Of a stretch of 64,000 bases of DNA, positions 1 through 12,544 are shown one piece after another (the stretch's first letter is position 1; every line of letters begins with the position of its first letter). The DNA comes from Octopus vulgaris (Eukaryota). Under the pieces are notes generated by a model. The model did no database searches. It saw only the letters and a list, made by a program, of their open reading frames with translations, and was not told the DNA's origin. The position numbers and the translations under genes are program-made. Location: the NCBI GenBank assembly GCA_951406725.2, contig OX597824.1, positions 89,094,001 through 89,158,000 of the forward strand. The letters run 5' to 3'.

Positions 1-570
1 TAAACTTCTAACAAAAAGGAAGAAAAAAAATAACGCCTGATACTTTCTGATTCAGTAAAGAATGTAAGATCAAAACATTCTAATGTAAGACACCCAGATC
101 ACTTTGACAGTGAGGTATATCCATATCAAATCCATAAATACATACAGCTGACGTATATTGTATATTTAGTATATTTATCCTTTCTAGTAACATCACCGTT
201 TTCGGATATATTACTAAAATTAGATCCATATAACGCAAACAAAAAGTATTTTTAGTCTCATACATGGAAAGTAGTTTAGACAGCTGTCCAAGTTCCGGCC
301 AAAGACCACAAAAAATACTAATTCAGCACCATTAATGACAGAATCGAATCCTTTTAATCGATAGTGGCATATGGGAAAAAGACGTCAAGCTAAACCGCCG
401 GCGGCCATTTTGTTTTCAGTTATTAATCAATAACAGTAGCAGGATTTGGCGCTAAGACGCCTGTTAGGTTTGTTTCGGTGAATGCCATGTAGCGAGAAAT
501 AGTAAAACGATTTATGAGATAGGGTTAGGTTAAAGTATGCATATACATCTACATACATATATATGCACAC

Positions 571-644
<74 letters not shown>

Positions 645-701
645 GTCTGTCTGTCTGTCTGTCTGTCTATCCCTATCTATCCATCTATCTACACATATAT
701 G

Positions 702-864
702 GACGCAGGTACGGTTGTGTGGTAAGAAGCTCGCTCCTAAATCACATGGTTCCGAGTTCAGTCCCATTGCATGGTACCTTGGGCAAGTATCTTCTACTAT
801 AGCCTCGGGCCCACGAGATCCTTATGAGTGGATCTCTTAGACGGAAACTGAAAATAGCCATCCG

Positions 865-901
<37 letters not shown>

Positions 902-1070
902 TGTATGTATGTATGTATGTATGTATGTATGTATGCATGCATGTATCTGTGTGTATATATATGTGTGTCTTTGTGTCTGTGATGGTCTCCCACCACTGCT
1001 TGACAACAGAGCTGTTCGGCAAAAGAGACCGATAGAATATTAACAAGCTTAAAATAAGTACCGGGGCACC
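702..1070 (+). mobile_element. tRNA-derived SINE family A (internal microsatellite)
   Basis: Head GGACGCAGG..GGTTGTGTGGTAAG (A box) and GAGTTCAGTCCC (B box), then CCTTGGGCAAGT, an internal (TATG)n and the family tail. Matches about 20 other copies in the window. Confidence 0.8.
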
Positions 1071-1385
1071 GCCTTGCAGAGTCTTATATTTTTAAACCTG
1101 GTAATGCTCCTCTCTGTCCTTTTTTGTTGAACTGCTATGTTATGGGGACGTAAATATACCCTCACCGGTTGTCAAGCGGTGTTGGCAACAAACAGACACA
1201 AAAACACTAACACACACCTGCGATGTGTTATATTTTTTTCAGTTTCCGTCTATCAAATCCATTCACAAGGTTTTAGTCGGCTCATGGCTATAGTAGAAGT
1301 CTCTTGCCCAAGGTGACACGCAGTAATATTGAACCTGGAACCATGTGGTTGGGAAGCAAGCTTCCTACCACACAGTCATGCTCGT
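1063..1385 (-). mobile_element. SINE family A copy (diverged)
   Basis: Reverse complement of the family A head and tail; lies tail-to-tail with the 702 copy. Confidence 0.75.
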
Positions 1386-1721
1386 GTCTTACAGATCTTC
1401 ATCAAACTTCACCTCTGCTTCTCCCATTATACTCTTATACAACAATATATGTTATAAAATAGTTAACATTTGTATGTATTCATGGGATATCACAAAAGAA
1501 TTTGCTAAACGTTCGTCTATTACGTGAAATGCTGTCACATAATCCAGCTTTAATATGCAAACAATTGACACAGGTCGATAACCAGCAAAGAGCATTAACC
1601 TCCTACCAGTTATTTCTAGCATGACTCTTGTCCTAATGTCTAATGGCTCGAAAACAGCTAAGGTAAACTGCACTTATTTACAACAATACATACTTGCATG
1701 TATGAATGCAAGCAAACATTG

Positions 1722-2025
1722 GGAATCGTACAATGAGAACAGCTATGGGCAACTGCTTTGAAACCATCCGTTTTTGTAAGTTCACATTTGAAGCAATGCA
1801 GTTGATTTTGTGAAGAAATACTTAAGTGACAATCTGGAAAAGCTAGGGTTTTCAGAAAAAGAAATCAACCAAATAATGCGGACATTTAGAAATACAGTCT
1901 GTTAGCGGAATTGTAAAAATATGCAAGAAACTATATTCCAACGATGGAGTTTTATATCCTGGTCAGAAACTAGCTCCTTTATTGTAAGGAGAGTTGAAAA
2001 ACTTAAAAATAGAAGAGAACATACT
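1722..2025 (+). pseudogene. Dong/R4-type LINE 3' end fragment (CATA-associated family)
   Basis: Manual translation NLEKLGFSEKEINQIMRT / LEIQSVSGIVKICK parallels the C-terminus at 40240-40378. The 3' UTR (GATGGAG..TATC..GAAACT) resembles 40590-40670 and 52050-52135. Confidence 0.55.
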
Positions 2026-2055
2026 CCCCCGCCCACACACACATATATATATATA

Positions 2056-2633
2056 TGTTGTGTGGACGACCCCAGACGATAAAGTAGACTATCCCAAAAC
2101 GTAGATATAGACGGAGAAGATTGGAACAGGGAAGAGTAGAGCAGATTTGAGTAGAAGGCGACATAACAGTGGCGACGAGGTTTCGAATAGTACCGAAATG
2201 AAAGAGTTACTGAAAGCAGTTGTAAAACAACAAGAGCAGCAGCAGCAACTGCAGAAGGCATTTAAACAACAACAAAAAAAGATATATAGCATACATATAT
2301 AGATATGTAGGCGCAGGAGTGGCTGTGTGGTAAGTAGCTTGCTTACCAACCACATGGTTCCGGGTTCAGTCCCATTGCGTGGCATCTTGGGCAAGTGTCT
2401 TCTGCTATAGCCCCTACAGAAATGATGGTAATTAACGCTAAGAGAAAAAGATATGCCAGTTTCTCACCGAGGAAATAAAATTGATAAATTCGGGTTTAAA
2501 AAACTCAGAAGGGGAAGGTGTTGTGTGGACGCCCCCAGACGATGAAGTAGACTAGCCCATGGGCCCTTGTGGCTAATAAAGAAACCGAGTAGAGCAGATT
2601 TAAGTAGAAGGCATCCGAACGTGCGACATAATA
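2056..2633 (+). mobile_element. Internally deleted Gypsy-type LTR element (TRIM-like)
   Basis: Two related ~115-bp LTRs (2056-2168 TGTTGTG..ATAACA; 2519-2633). PBS TGGCGACGAGG at 2170-2180, gag-like start MKELLKAVVKQQEQQQQ at 2198, PPT AGAAGGGGAAGG at 2507-2518. Confidence 0.75.
2309..2412 (+). mobile_element. SINE family A 5' fragment nested in the LTR element
   Basis: AGGCGCAGGAGTGGCTGTGTGGTAAGTAGCTTGC..GGGTTCAGTCCC..CTTGGGCAAGTG. Confidence 0.8.
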
Positions 2634-2711
2634 TATTACTACCTTTGACTGCACATATATATTTATTAATATAATAGTATGTGGTAATAACAATAATAAT
2701 AATTTACTATT

Positions 2712-3470
2712 ATTGATCACAAATTTTGGAACAGGGCCAGCATATTCGTAGGGAGAGGGTAAGTCGATTACATCGACCCCTCTCGATTTTATTGATCCCG
2801 AAAGGATGAAAGGTGAAGTCGACCTCTGCGGAATTTGATCTCAGAGGCGGCGAGCTGGCAGAACCGTTAGCACGCCGGGCAAAATGTTTAGCAGTATTTC
2901 GTCTGCCGCTACGTTCTGAGTTCAAATTCTGCCGAGGTCGACTTTGCCTTTCATCCTTTCGGGGTCGATTAAATAAGTACCAGTTACGCACTGGGGTCGA
3001 TGTAATCGACTTAATCCGTTTGTCTGTCCTTGTTTGTCCCTTCTGTGTTTAACCCCTTGTGGATAATAAAGAAATAGGTATTTCGTCCTTTACTTTCTGA
3101 GTTCAACTGCCATCGAGGCCGACTTTGCTTTTTAACTTTCGGAGTCAATAAATTAAGTACCAGTTGCATACTGGGGTCGATCTAATCGACTGCCCCTCCC
3201 ACCAAATTTCAGGCCTTGTGCCTATAGCCGAAAGGATTATTACTGATTATATCCTATTATAAGGCGGCGAGCTAGCAGGATCGTTGGCACGTGGGGCGAA
3301 ATGCGCAGCGGAATTTGGTCCGTATTTATGTTCTGAGTTCTACCGAGGTCGACTTTACCTTTCATCCTTTCAGGGTCGATAAAATAAGTACCAGTGAAAC
3401 ACTGGGGTCCATGTAATCAACTTACTCACTCCCATGAAATTGCTGGCCTTGTGGCAAAACGTGAACTAAA
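2712..3470. mobile_element. Cluster of SINE family B copies (minus partial 2712-2844; plus 2845-3242 with two internal units; plus 3261-3470)
   Basis: Head AGGCGGCGAGCTGGCAG, B box GAGTTCAAATTC, core GTCGACTTTGCCTTTCATCCTTTCGGGGTCGAT. The core resembles the Meta/MESC SINE domain (from memory). Confidence 0.8.
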
Positions 3471-3715
3471 TAATTATATAATAACTGTACTGAATTTTAA
3501 TAATTATGTTGTATTTTAATAATTATGTATGCGATTATGTTCACAAATTACGTGGTTGTTATTGAAACAATTCTGCAAGTTTAACAAAAAGTGGATGATC
3601 ACTTAAGAGAGCATTTGTCAGAAAGGTTGGTGTGGAAAGTATGGAAACGGTTCTTCTCTACAAATTTCCATAGGTAAGAGTCGTTGTCATACTTTTTCTC
3701 GATGGTTATATATAT

Positions 3716-3946
3716 ATATATGAAATACAAAATGGGACAAGAACGCAAAACATCCGGACGACTAGGTGACACAAAAAGGGACAACAAAACATCCAGATAG
3801 TCGATACAAAAAAAAACAAGGACGGATCATTCGAAGCTCTCCATTCTCAGTCAAGAACCAGATCATCCTCGCAATTTCGGCTGCCTTTTGTATCACCTAG
3901 TTGTCCAGATGTTTTGCATTCGTGTCCCATTTTGTATTTTATATAT
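3716..3946. repeat. Fold-back inverted repeat (~63-bp arms) of a dispersed repeat also at 55677-55830
   Basis: AAATACAAAATGGGACAAGAACGCAAAACATCCGGACGACTAGGTGACACAAAAAGG pairs with CCTTTTGTATCACCTAGTTGTCCAGATGTTTTGCATTCGTGTCCCATTTTGTATTT. Confidence 0.8.
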
Positions 3947-4017
3947 ATATATTTGTTTTTTTGTTTTTGTTTTTCCAGTTTCAGCTCTTGAGCTGTGGCC
4001 ATGCTGGGGCACCGCCA

Positions 4018-4176
4018 TTGTGGTGAAAGAGTACAGCAGGGATCACCACCCCCTGCCGGAGCCTCGTAGAGCTTTTAGGTGTTTTCGCTCAATAAACACA
4101 CACAACGCCCGGTCTGAGAATCGAAACCGCGATCCTGCGACCGCGAGTCCGCTGCCCTAACCACTAGGCCATTGCC

Positions 4177-4178
<2 letters not shown>
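4018..4178 (-). mobile_element. SINE family C head (partial)
   Basis: Reverse complement of GGCAATGGCCTAGTGGTTAGGGCAGCGGACTCGCGGTCG..GGTTTCGATTC (A and B boxes). Confidence 0.8.
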
Positions 4179-4248
<70 letters not shown>

Positions 4249-4286
4249 TTATAATTAGAGACACGGATGATGGGAGACACAAGAAT

Positions 4287-4314
4287 CTACCTACCTACCT
4301 ACCTACCTACCTAC

Positions 4315-4368
<54 letters not shown>

Positions 4369-4556
4369 CTCTCTTTCTACCTACCTATCTACATACCTAC
4401 CTACCTGGCTGCCTGCCTGCCTGCCTAGCTGCCTGCCTGGCTGCCTGCCTGGCTGCCTGCCTGGCTGCCTGCCTGGCTGCCTGCCTGGCTGCCTGCCTGG
4501 CTGCCTGCCTGGCTGCCTGCCTGGCTGCCTGCCTGGCTGCCTGCCTGGCTGCCTGC

Positions 4557-4593
<37 letters not shown>

Positions 4594-4600
4594 GATCTAT
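4287..4600. repeat. Compound microsatellite with a 12-bp CTGCCTGCCTGG minisatellite core
   Basis: (CTAC)n-(CTAT)n-(CTGCCTGCCTGG)n-(CTGT)n read directly from the sequence. Confidence 0.9.
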
Positions 4601-4986
4601 CTTATGTATATATTTTTATGTCGTTTTTAGATTCTTATTCTGTTATACCATCTAAATTTGTCTTATCATGTTTATCTTTTTACGATAGTTTTATCACACA
4701 TACATATTATCACACACGCATACTAACTTACACAAGCCTGCATACAATCATGTACATACTTACATTAACATAAATAAATACGTACGTACATTCATGCATA
4801 CGTAGAAACACATACGTACACCCAGAGGCAATCCAACAGCGAACGATCGTTTTCCATACAACGAAAACAAGAAATTTGCCACTAAAAATGTCGACATGTA
4901 ATATAGAAATATCGAAATATCTAATTTTGTACTTTCTTGATTATAAACAACGATTTTATTTCGTTCTTTACCCCTCTGTCGCTCTG

Positions 4987-5093
4987 CCGGAAGTCAAATG
5001 CTGTTTGTCGGAAGTGAAAACATTCCCAGCATTCCCCTTCTGCCTGCCGCATTGGCGACATTCTGCGTATCCTGAAATGCTGTAAGTGACGTC
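4987..5093 (+). promoter_or_regulatory. Possible promoter or first-exon module in unique sequence
   Basis: ETS-type CCGGAAGT 4987-4994 and CGGAAGTG 5009-5016, ATTGG 5051-5055, donor-like GTAAGT 5082-5087, CRE-like TGACGTC 5087-5093. Confidence 0.3.
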
Positions 5094-5289
5094 TCTGAAA
5101 AATATGGCTTCTGTCCTGTTGCAACTTTTGGAACGAGCAGGAATTACTCTGCACACACACGCATGCGTACACGTGCATGTTTGTATTAGCGTGTGTATAT
5201 GGAAGTGTGTGTGTATGTGTGTGTTAAGTGTGTGAGTATATGTGTATATATAAATATACATACATACAAACACACATATATATGTATGT

Positions 5290-5659
<370 letters not shown>

Positions 5660-6117
5660 GGCCTGTATGAGAGAAATGGAAATCGAAATAATGACAAAGA
5701 GGAAGGTTACGTTCATGATGATGATGGATCTAACGGCGATGACAGCTATGGCTATGATGAGTTGCATAATGATTATAGATGATGGCGGTGGTGATGACGA
5801 TGATGGTGGTGGTGGTGGTGGTAGTGGTGGTGACTGTGGTAGAACTATTTTTGTGATCATGCCTCGTTATGATACGTCGTGGCATAGCATATACCTCGTC
5901 TTCAACGCCGTAGTAGAAAAAAAAGAGATACTGGAATTAGTCTTTCTCTCTCTCCCTCTCTCTCCCTCCCTCCCTCCCTCTCCCTCTCCCTCCCTCTCCT
6001 CTCCCTCCCTCTCCCCCTCCCCTCCCTCTCTCTCTCCCTCCCCCCTCTCTCTTACACACACAGACAGTTATAATATTTGAAGAAATACTTCACTACATAT
6101 ATCCATACTTCACTACG

Positions 6118-6203
<86 letters not shown>

Positions 6204-6211
6204 GATCATCC

Positions 6212-6409
<198 letters not shown>

Positions 6410-6488
6410 TATAATACAACGTAATATACTATGAATACAATATAATATAATATAAGACAACATAAACAATTATTAAAAAACCATAAAA

Positions 6489-6568
6489 AGTCAACAATTT
6501 GTTTCGACTTATACACATCCTCTGATATATAAACAATTCAGTTCGCTTATATAAGTCTCATCAGAGCT
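6489..6568 (-). ncRNA. Type I hammerhead-like motif with canonical core
   Basis: Minus strand: agct-CTGATGA-GACTTATA..(long loop)..TATAAGTC-GAAA-CAAATTG-TT-gact. Stem II is 8 bp, stem III is near-palindromic, stem I is weak. Confidence 0.6.
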
Positions 6569-6847
6569 AAGCTTTATATATAGACGAAATTCCGTGTGAA
6601 AGGACGGCTAGATTGTAAAAATAAATTAATTCAAATGCCTATGTATTATGAGCGTGAACGTTAACTTTTCAACTAGAATAACAATTACAATTAAAAATCA
6701 ACAAAATTTTAAGGGATGAAATAATTAAGTAAGCAGAGTCTACAACTACCGAAATATATTTCTATTTATCTCAAATAATATTCATCCAAAATCGTTTATG
6801 TCGAAAACAATCTTTCGCTATTATGATAGCATACAACAATAATATAT

Positions 6848-7086
6848 ATGGTTGTATACTGTCAATCTAACGTGAACGTGACAGTAGGGGGTTACACCAC
6901 CGCTGTTTAGCCCTAGGAAGCATCGACGCCTCCTGATGGCCTTTTGTCTCCCCTTCGTAAATGTATATAAGGACACAGGAAAAATGTGTCAAAGCCATCA
7001 GGAGGCGTCGATGCTTCCTAGGGCTAAACAGCGGTGATGTAACCCCCTACTGTCACGTTCACGTTAGATTGACAGTATACAACCAT
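6848..7086. repeat. Near-perfect fold-back inverted repeat (93-bp arms, 53-nt spacer)
   Basis: 6848-6940 is the reverse complement of 6994-7086 with one mismatch seen. Confidence 0.95.
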
Positions 7087-7904
7087 TCTATCGCCCCACC
7101 ACCGTACATATCTCTATGAGAGATTTAGAAATTTAATAATATATATGTATATAATTAAGTATCAGGGTCTTACTTAATCTAGAAACTGTAATAAAACGGG
7201 TAAAAAATACAAAAGATAATTATATTTCTAATATATAATAACTCTTCTATTTATTTAAATTAATTGATATAAAAAATTATTTAAAGTAACTACTAACATT
7301 GTTCTTTATTTATTGATTATCGGAAGGAGAATTCCGTAATATATATGAAAAGAAACTTAACAAACATGTCCTTTGTTTACTTAATTTATCGTAGGGAGAA
7401 TTCAGTAATAAATATGGAGATAAACTTGGAGCTACAATCAATAGAACCTGAATTATCTCATAGATATAGAGTTAAGCTATAATAATGGATATCAAATTAT
7501 TACTAATTTTTTTAGAAGTAACCAGATTTGAAGTTACATAAGTAAGGATTGTTATTCGTATATTATGGAAGAGAGAACTCGGTAAATAAAAATTAAGTAA
7601 TATAAACAAAAGCAAGGATTGAGTATTGGTTCACGATAAATATAATTAATATTATTATTTTTTAATTAGTGTATATATATATCCAAATTTAATTAATCTT
7701 TTCAGAAGTAACAAAATGATATTGTTGTAATAAAAATACAAGTTATAAACTGTACAATACTACAGTAATTATTATTGTGGTTATTAAATTTAGTTAGTAA
7801 GTCAAATAAAACTATTTATTATCATCATTATTGTTATGATTACCATCAATTAATTAATAAATTAGATGAACGTATTTGTACATATAATTATTTAGTATAA
7901 TGAA

Positions 7905-7967
<63 letters not shown>

Positions 7968-7974
7968 GCACATA

Positions 7975-8100
7975 TTTGGCCTGCTCGCTTAACCGGCGGG
8001 GTGGCGTCATATGAAGGCTACAACAATGCGAACGCATTGTGACCAGCGATGTGTAACAACATCTGATAGTCTGCTCGGTCACGGTAATCACGGTGATATT
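7975..8100 (+). mobile_element. Isolated SINE C tail (same type as 49880-49990)
   Basis: TTGGCCTGCTCGCTTAACCGGCGGGGTGGCGTCAT..GTGACCAGCGATGTG. Confidence 0.7.
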
Positions 8101-8112
8101 CACATATTTATT

Positions 8113-8440
8113 GTTCCACTGTGTGGCACCTTGGGCAAGTGTCTTCTGCTTTAGCCTCGGGCCGACCAAAGCCTCGTGAGTGGATTTGGTAGACGGAAAC
8201 TGAAAAGAAGCCCGTTGTATATATATATATATATTTGTGTGTCTGTGTTTGTACGTCCATCATCGTTTGACAACCGATGTTAGCGTGTTTATGTCCCCGT
8301 AATTTAGCGGTTTGGCAAAAGAAACCGATAGAATAATTACTTGGCTTACAAAGAATAAATCCTGGGGTTGACTTGTTAGACTAAAGACGGTGTTTCAGCA
8401 TGGCCGCAGTCAAATGACTGAAACCAATAAAAGATTTAAA
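8113..8440 (+). mobile_element. SINE family A (5' truncated)
   Basis: CACCTTGGGCAAGTG core through the tail CAGCATGGCCGCAGTCAAATGACTGAAAC. Confidence 0.8.
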
Positions 8441-8659
8441 GAATATAATACATACACATACGTATGCATACACATACATATATATATACGCACAAATGCA
8501 TACATATGCATAATTACTTATATATATCATGATATGAATACAAACAACATATCCCATGTATACAAATACATACACATACATACATAAATATATGATCATT
8601 CATATATACAAATATATGCACATATATAAATGGATACATACGAATACAAATATACACAC

Positions 8660-9030
8660 TTAATAAAATGTTCTAAACGCACATTTAGAAGAGTGCGTGC
8701 AAGATGGAACACTCTCACGTCTTTCATTAAGCAGTTTCTTCTTAGATGTTAATATCTGATATAATTCCTCTATACCAAGGTTGCATCTAGCATCATTAAT
8801 TTTGTACGACCTGGCATGACTAAGTATTTTCCAATTTATGTTGTATAATTTCTTACTATCCTTCAATTTCCAAATTAGTTTACTTAAACAAGTAACGTTA
8901 AACATATCTCTATTTCTAAAGATGTACTCATGGTTTGCAATCCGTTTTTAAATAAAATTTTCCGTTGACCCTATGTAAAATAATTATTTCGTTCCGAATC
9001 CACACTACATCTATATACATTATTGTTCTG
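8660..9030 (-). pseudogene. Penelope-like element GIY-YIG endonuclease fragment
   Basis: ..YIGSTE..KRIANH..TCLSKLIWKLKD..YNINWKIL..CNLGIEE..LLNERRE..CTH, the typical PLE EN C-terminus. Disrupted upstream. Confidence 0.8.
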
Positions 9031-9352
9031 TAAGGTTATAGTGTTTGTATATTCTATTATATTATATTCATAGTATATTATGTTATATTACAACATAAAT
9101 AAATTATTGGATTATCAATTGTATCTCTCTATTTAATTTATTATTTGTAATTTGAATTACACCCATACTTATGTGGTATTCAACTGACGTACCAGTGAAT
9201 TGGATGTTTTACACACCCCTTTGAAGAAATTCTTTTCCTAATTTTGTTACTTTATATGTACGTATGTATGTTATGTATGTATGTATGTATGTATGTATGT
9301 ATGTATGTATGTATGTATGTATGTATGTATGTATGTATGTATATAGATATAC

Positions 9353-9404
<52 letters not shown>

Positions 9405-9420
9405 CCCATATGTGTAAACA

Positions 9421-9640
9421 AGAGAGACAGAGAAAGGCAGAAACAAGGAAAATGTCACTTATATTTGAACACTATACAAATATTCCTTTAAAAAAACTTT
9501 TCTTTTGATTTTTCTAAATTTAATTATTTAATCGTTACAGTTGAAAAGGTCTCAAAATGACCGAAACCGGTACTGAAAAGTTCTTTATAAAATTATTTTA
9601 GCATTTTCTATCTTTCTATCTTGTGTTTTTTTCATATATA
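9421..9640 (+). mobile_element. Small Penelope pLTR-like repeat with hammerhead-like motif at 9538-9575
   Basis: CAG-TTGAAAA-GGTC-tcaaaat-GACC-GAAA-CCGG-TA-CTG. A second copy at 11310-11490 lacks the motif. Confidence 0.55.
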
Positions 9641-9641
9641 T

Positions 9642-9673
<32 letters not shown>

Positions 9674-9722
9674 TATATATATATTATATATATATACCCT
9701 ATATACATATATATATATATAC

Positions 9723-9797
9723 TTTATTAAAAGCAGCAGAAATATCACAAAAAGTGTTACTCAGAGTTTCGCGTTTCCGTTCGTCGAACAGTTTTGT
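9723..9797 (-). ncRNA. Hammerhead-like motif, same family as 54877-55016
   Basis: Minus strand: aactgt-TCGACGA-ACG-gaaa-CGC-GAAA-CTCTGAG-TA-acactt. Confidence 0.5.
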
Positions 9798-9857
9798 TAG
9801 AATGGTACATATGTAAGTATATGTTTGTCTGTATGTACATGTATATATGTATGTGCA

Positions 9858-9893
<36 letters not shown>

Positions 9894-9939
9894 TGTATGT
9901 ATGTATGTATGTATGTATGTATGTATGTATGTATCTATC

Positions 9940-9985
<46 letters not shown>

Positions 9986-10029
9986 AATATGTGTGTGTGT
10001 GTGTATGTATGTATATATATATATATTCT

Positions 10030-10395
10030 GTTACTTGTTTCAGTCATTAGATGTTGGGGTATCGCCTTGAATTTGAATTTTTTTTTAAGCGTGGTACTTA
10101 TTCTATCGGTCTTATTTGCCGAACCGCTAAGTTACGGGTACGCAAACACACCAACATCGGTTGTCAAGCGGGAGCAGTCGGAAAAACACATAGATACACA
10201 CACACACACATATATATATATTTATTTATATATATGTATATATACACGACGGGCTTCTTTCAGTTTCCGTCTACCATATCCACTCACAACATCTTGGTAG
10301 GCCCGAGGCAATAGTAGAAGACACTTGCCCAGGGTGCTACGCACTGAGACTGAACCCGGAACCATACGGTTGGGAAGCAAGCTTCTTACCATGCA
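10030..10395 (-). mobile_element. SINE family A
   Basis: Reverse-complement match to the family A body with internal (TG/TA)n. Confidence 0.8.
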
Positions 10396-10484
10396 ATGTA
10401 GAGCCGAGTAATCGCAGAATCCTACGATCTTTCGATTGACCCACTTAGCTCTCTTATATCTTCGTCATGTATCTATTTATCAGT

Positions 10485-10530
<46 letters not shown>

Positions 10531-10822
10531 CTTCCACTCTTATCCTCTTTCACTCTCTCTCCCTCTGTTGATACTTCCATCGTTAATGTCTTTCTCTGCT
10601 ATTGTCCTACACTCTAGTACACTTTTTCCAATTCTCCTTCACTAAACTTAAGTGTAAATCGATCATGGCATTTAGAAAACACCAACGAAAGGTTATAGAA
10701 CAAGAACAACGTCAACAACAACAACAATAATCAATAACAACAACTACAATAAAAACAACAATAATGATAGTGACGATGATGTCGATGATGATGATGATGA
10801 TGATGAGGATGATCATAATATT

Positions 10823-10884
<62 letters not shown>

Positions 10885-11014
10885 TAATAATGATAATCCT
10901 TTCTACTGTAGACACAAGGTCTGAAATTGTTGGGGAGGGGACTAATCGATTACATCGACCCCAGTGTTTTACTGGTACTTAATTTATAGACCCCGAAAGG
11001 ATGAACGCCAAACA

Positions 11015-11270
11015 CTGGTAATAGCGAATCCTGATAATCGCTACCTCATATGAGTGACAACGAAAAATCAAAATATTGTGAATAATGATGGTAATGAAAC
11101 TGAAGCCAATGATGGTGAGAGTGTTACACCCGGTAGGCTCAGAAATTCTGGTCCGGCTCCAGCCTGTCGATATCCAGAAAGGGACCACCACACACGGCGT
11201 AGATGGAGCAAGCAAATTAATGCTGTGGTCATGGAGCGTTACTACCTGAGCAACCCGGTAGATGAAAATG
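11015..11270 (+). pseudogene. Dong/R4-type LINE ORF N-terminal fragment
   Basis: RRRWSKQINAVVMERYYLSNP resembles the W..E.N..VM.CYY.S.P motif at the start of Dong-like ORFs (from memory). Confidence 0.5.
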
Positions 11271-11489
11271 TATGTGTATATATATATATATATATATACA
11301 ACGACCTCGAACACACAAGTGCAAACAAGGGAGTCAGAGAAAGGCAGAATGCCACTTATATTTGAACACTACTATACAAATATTCCTTTAAAAAAATTTT
11401 TCTTCTAATTTTTCTAAATTTAATTATTTAATCGTTACAGTAAAAGGTATATATATATAAAATTATTTTAGCATTTTCTATTTTGATTG

Positions 11490-11551
<62 letters not shown>

Positions 11552-11953
11552 AGGCGCAGGAGTGGCTGTGTGGTAAGTAGCTTGCTTACCAACCACATGG
11601 TTCCGGTTTTAGTCCCACTACGTGGCACCTTGGGCAAGTGTCTTCTACTATAGGCTCGGGCTGACCAAAGCCTTGTTAGCGGATTTGGTAGATGGAAACT
11701 GAAAGAAGCCCGTCAAATATATATGTATGTATGTATGTATGTATGTGTGTGTGTGTGTCTGTGTTTGTCCTCTCAACATCGCTTGACAACCGATGGTAGT
11801 GTGTTTACGTCCCCGTAACTTAGCGGTTCAGCAAAAGGGACCTAGAGAATAAGTACTAGGCTTACAAAGAATAAGTCCTGGGGTCGATTTGCTCGACTAA
11901 AAGGTGGTGCCCCAGCATGGTCGCAGTCAAATGATTGAAACAAGTAAAAGAGT
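11552..11953 (+). mobile_element. Full-length SINE family A
   Basis: Complete head-to-tail copy (AGGCGCAGGAG .. GAAACAAGTAAAAGAGTA) between microsatellites. Confidence 0.9.
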
Positions 11954-12003
11954 ATGCATTTATGTATGTATGTATGTATGTATGTATATATATATATATA
12001 CAT

Positions 12004-12077
<74 letters not shown>

Positions 12078-12093
12078 GTTTGTATATATATAT

Positions 12094-12136
<43 letters not shown>

Positions 12137-12191
12137 TATATATATATATGTATATATATATATGCATATATATATATATATGTTATATATA

Positions 12192-12264
<73 letters not shown>

Positions 12265-12341
12265 AATAAATTCAGGGTGAATACTTGATAAATGTAAGCA
12301 CCTGTATATGCCAGCTAGTGGCGTAGGTGATAGGATATATG

Positions 12342-12527
12342 TATCAAATGAAATAAATGAAAAACAAGACGCAAAGGATTTAGCGGTACATATGTTTCGG
12401 GTTTATAGAACAACTTATTCTTACATCAATGCATAATTGATATAATAGATAGATCAAAAACCTTAAACCCGAAACATATGTACCGCAAAATCCTTTGCGT
12501 CCTGTTTTTCATTTATTTCATTTGATA
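12342..12527. repeat. Fold-back inverted repeat (64-bp arms) containing a hammerhead 3' half
   Basis: 12342-12405 pairs with 12464-12527. Each arm contains CCC-GAAA-CATATG-TA-CCG on one strand. Confidence 0.85.
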
Positions 12528-12544
12528 TATATATATATACCAAT

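Noticed and set aside
395-535. YY1-like GCGGCCATTTTG (AAAATGGCCGCC on minus) as a gene start
   Set aside because: The minus-strand ATG frame stops after 7 codons, and the nearby GGGTTAGGTT suggests a repeat context. It cannot be supported as a promoter.
1452-1673. GYRPVSIV..LDYVTAF as RT motifs
   Set aside because: The motif spacing is incompatible with an RT, so it is likely chance.
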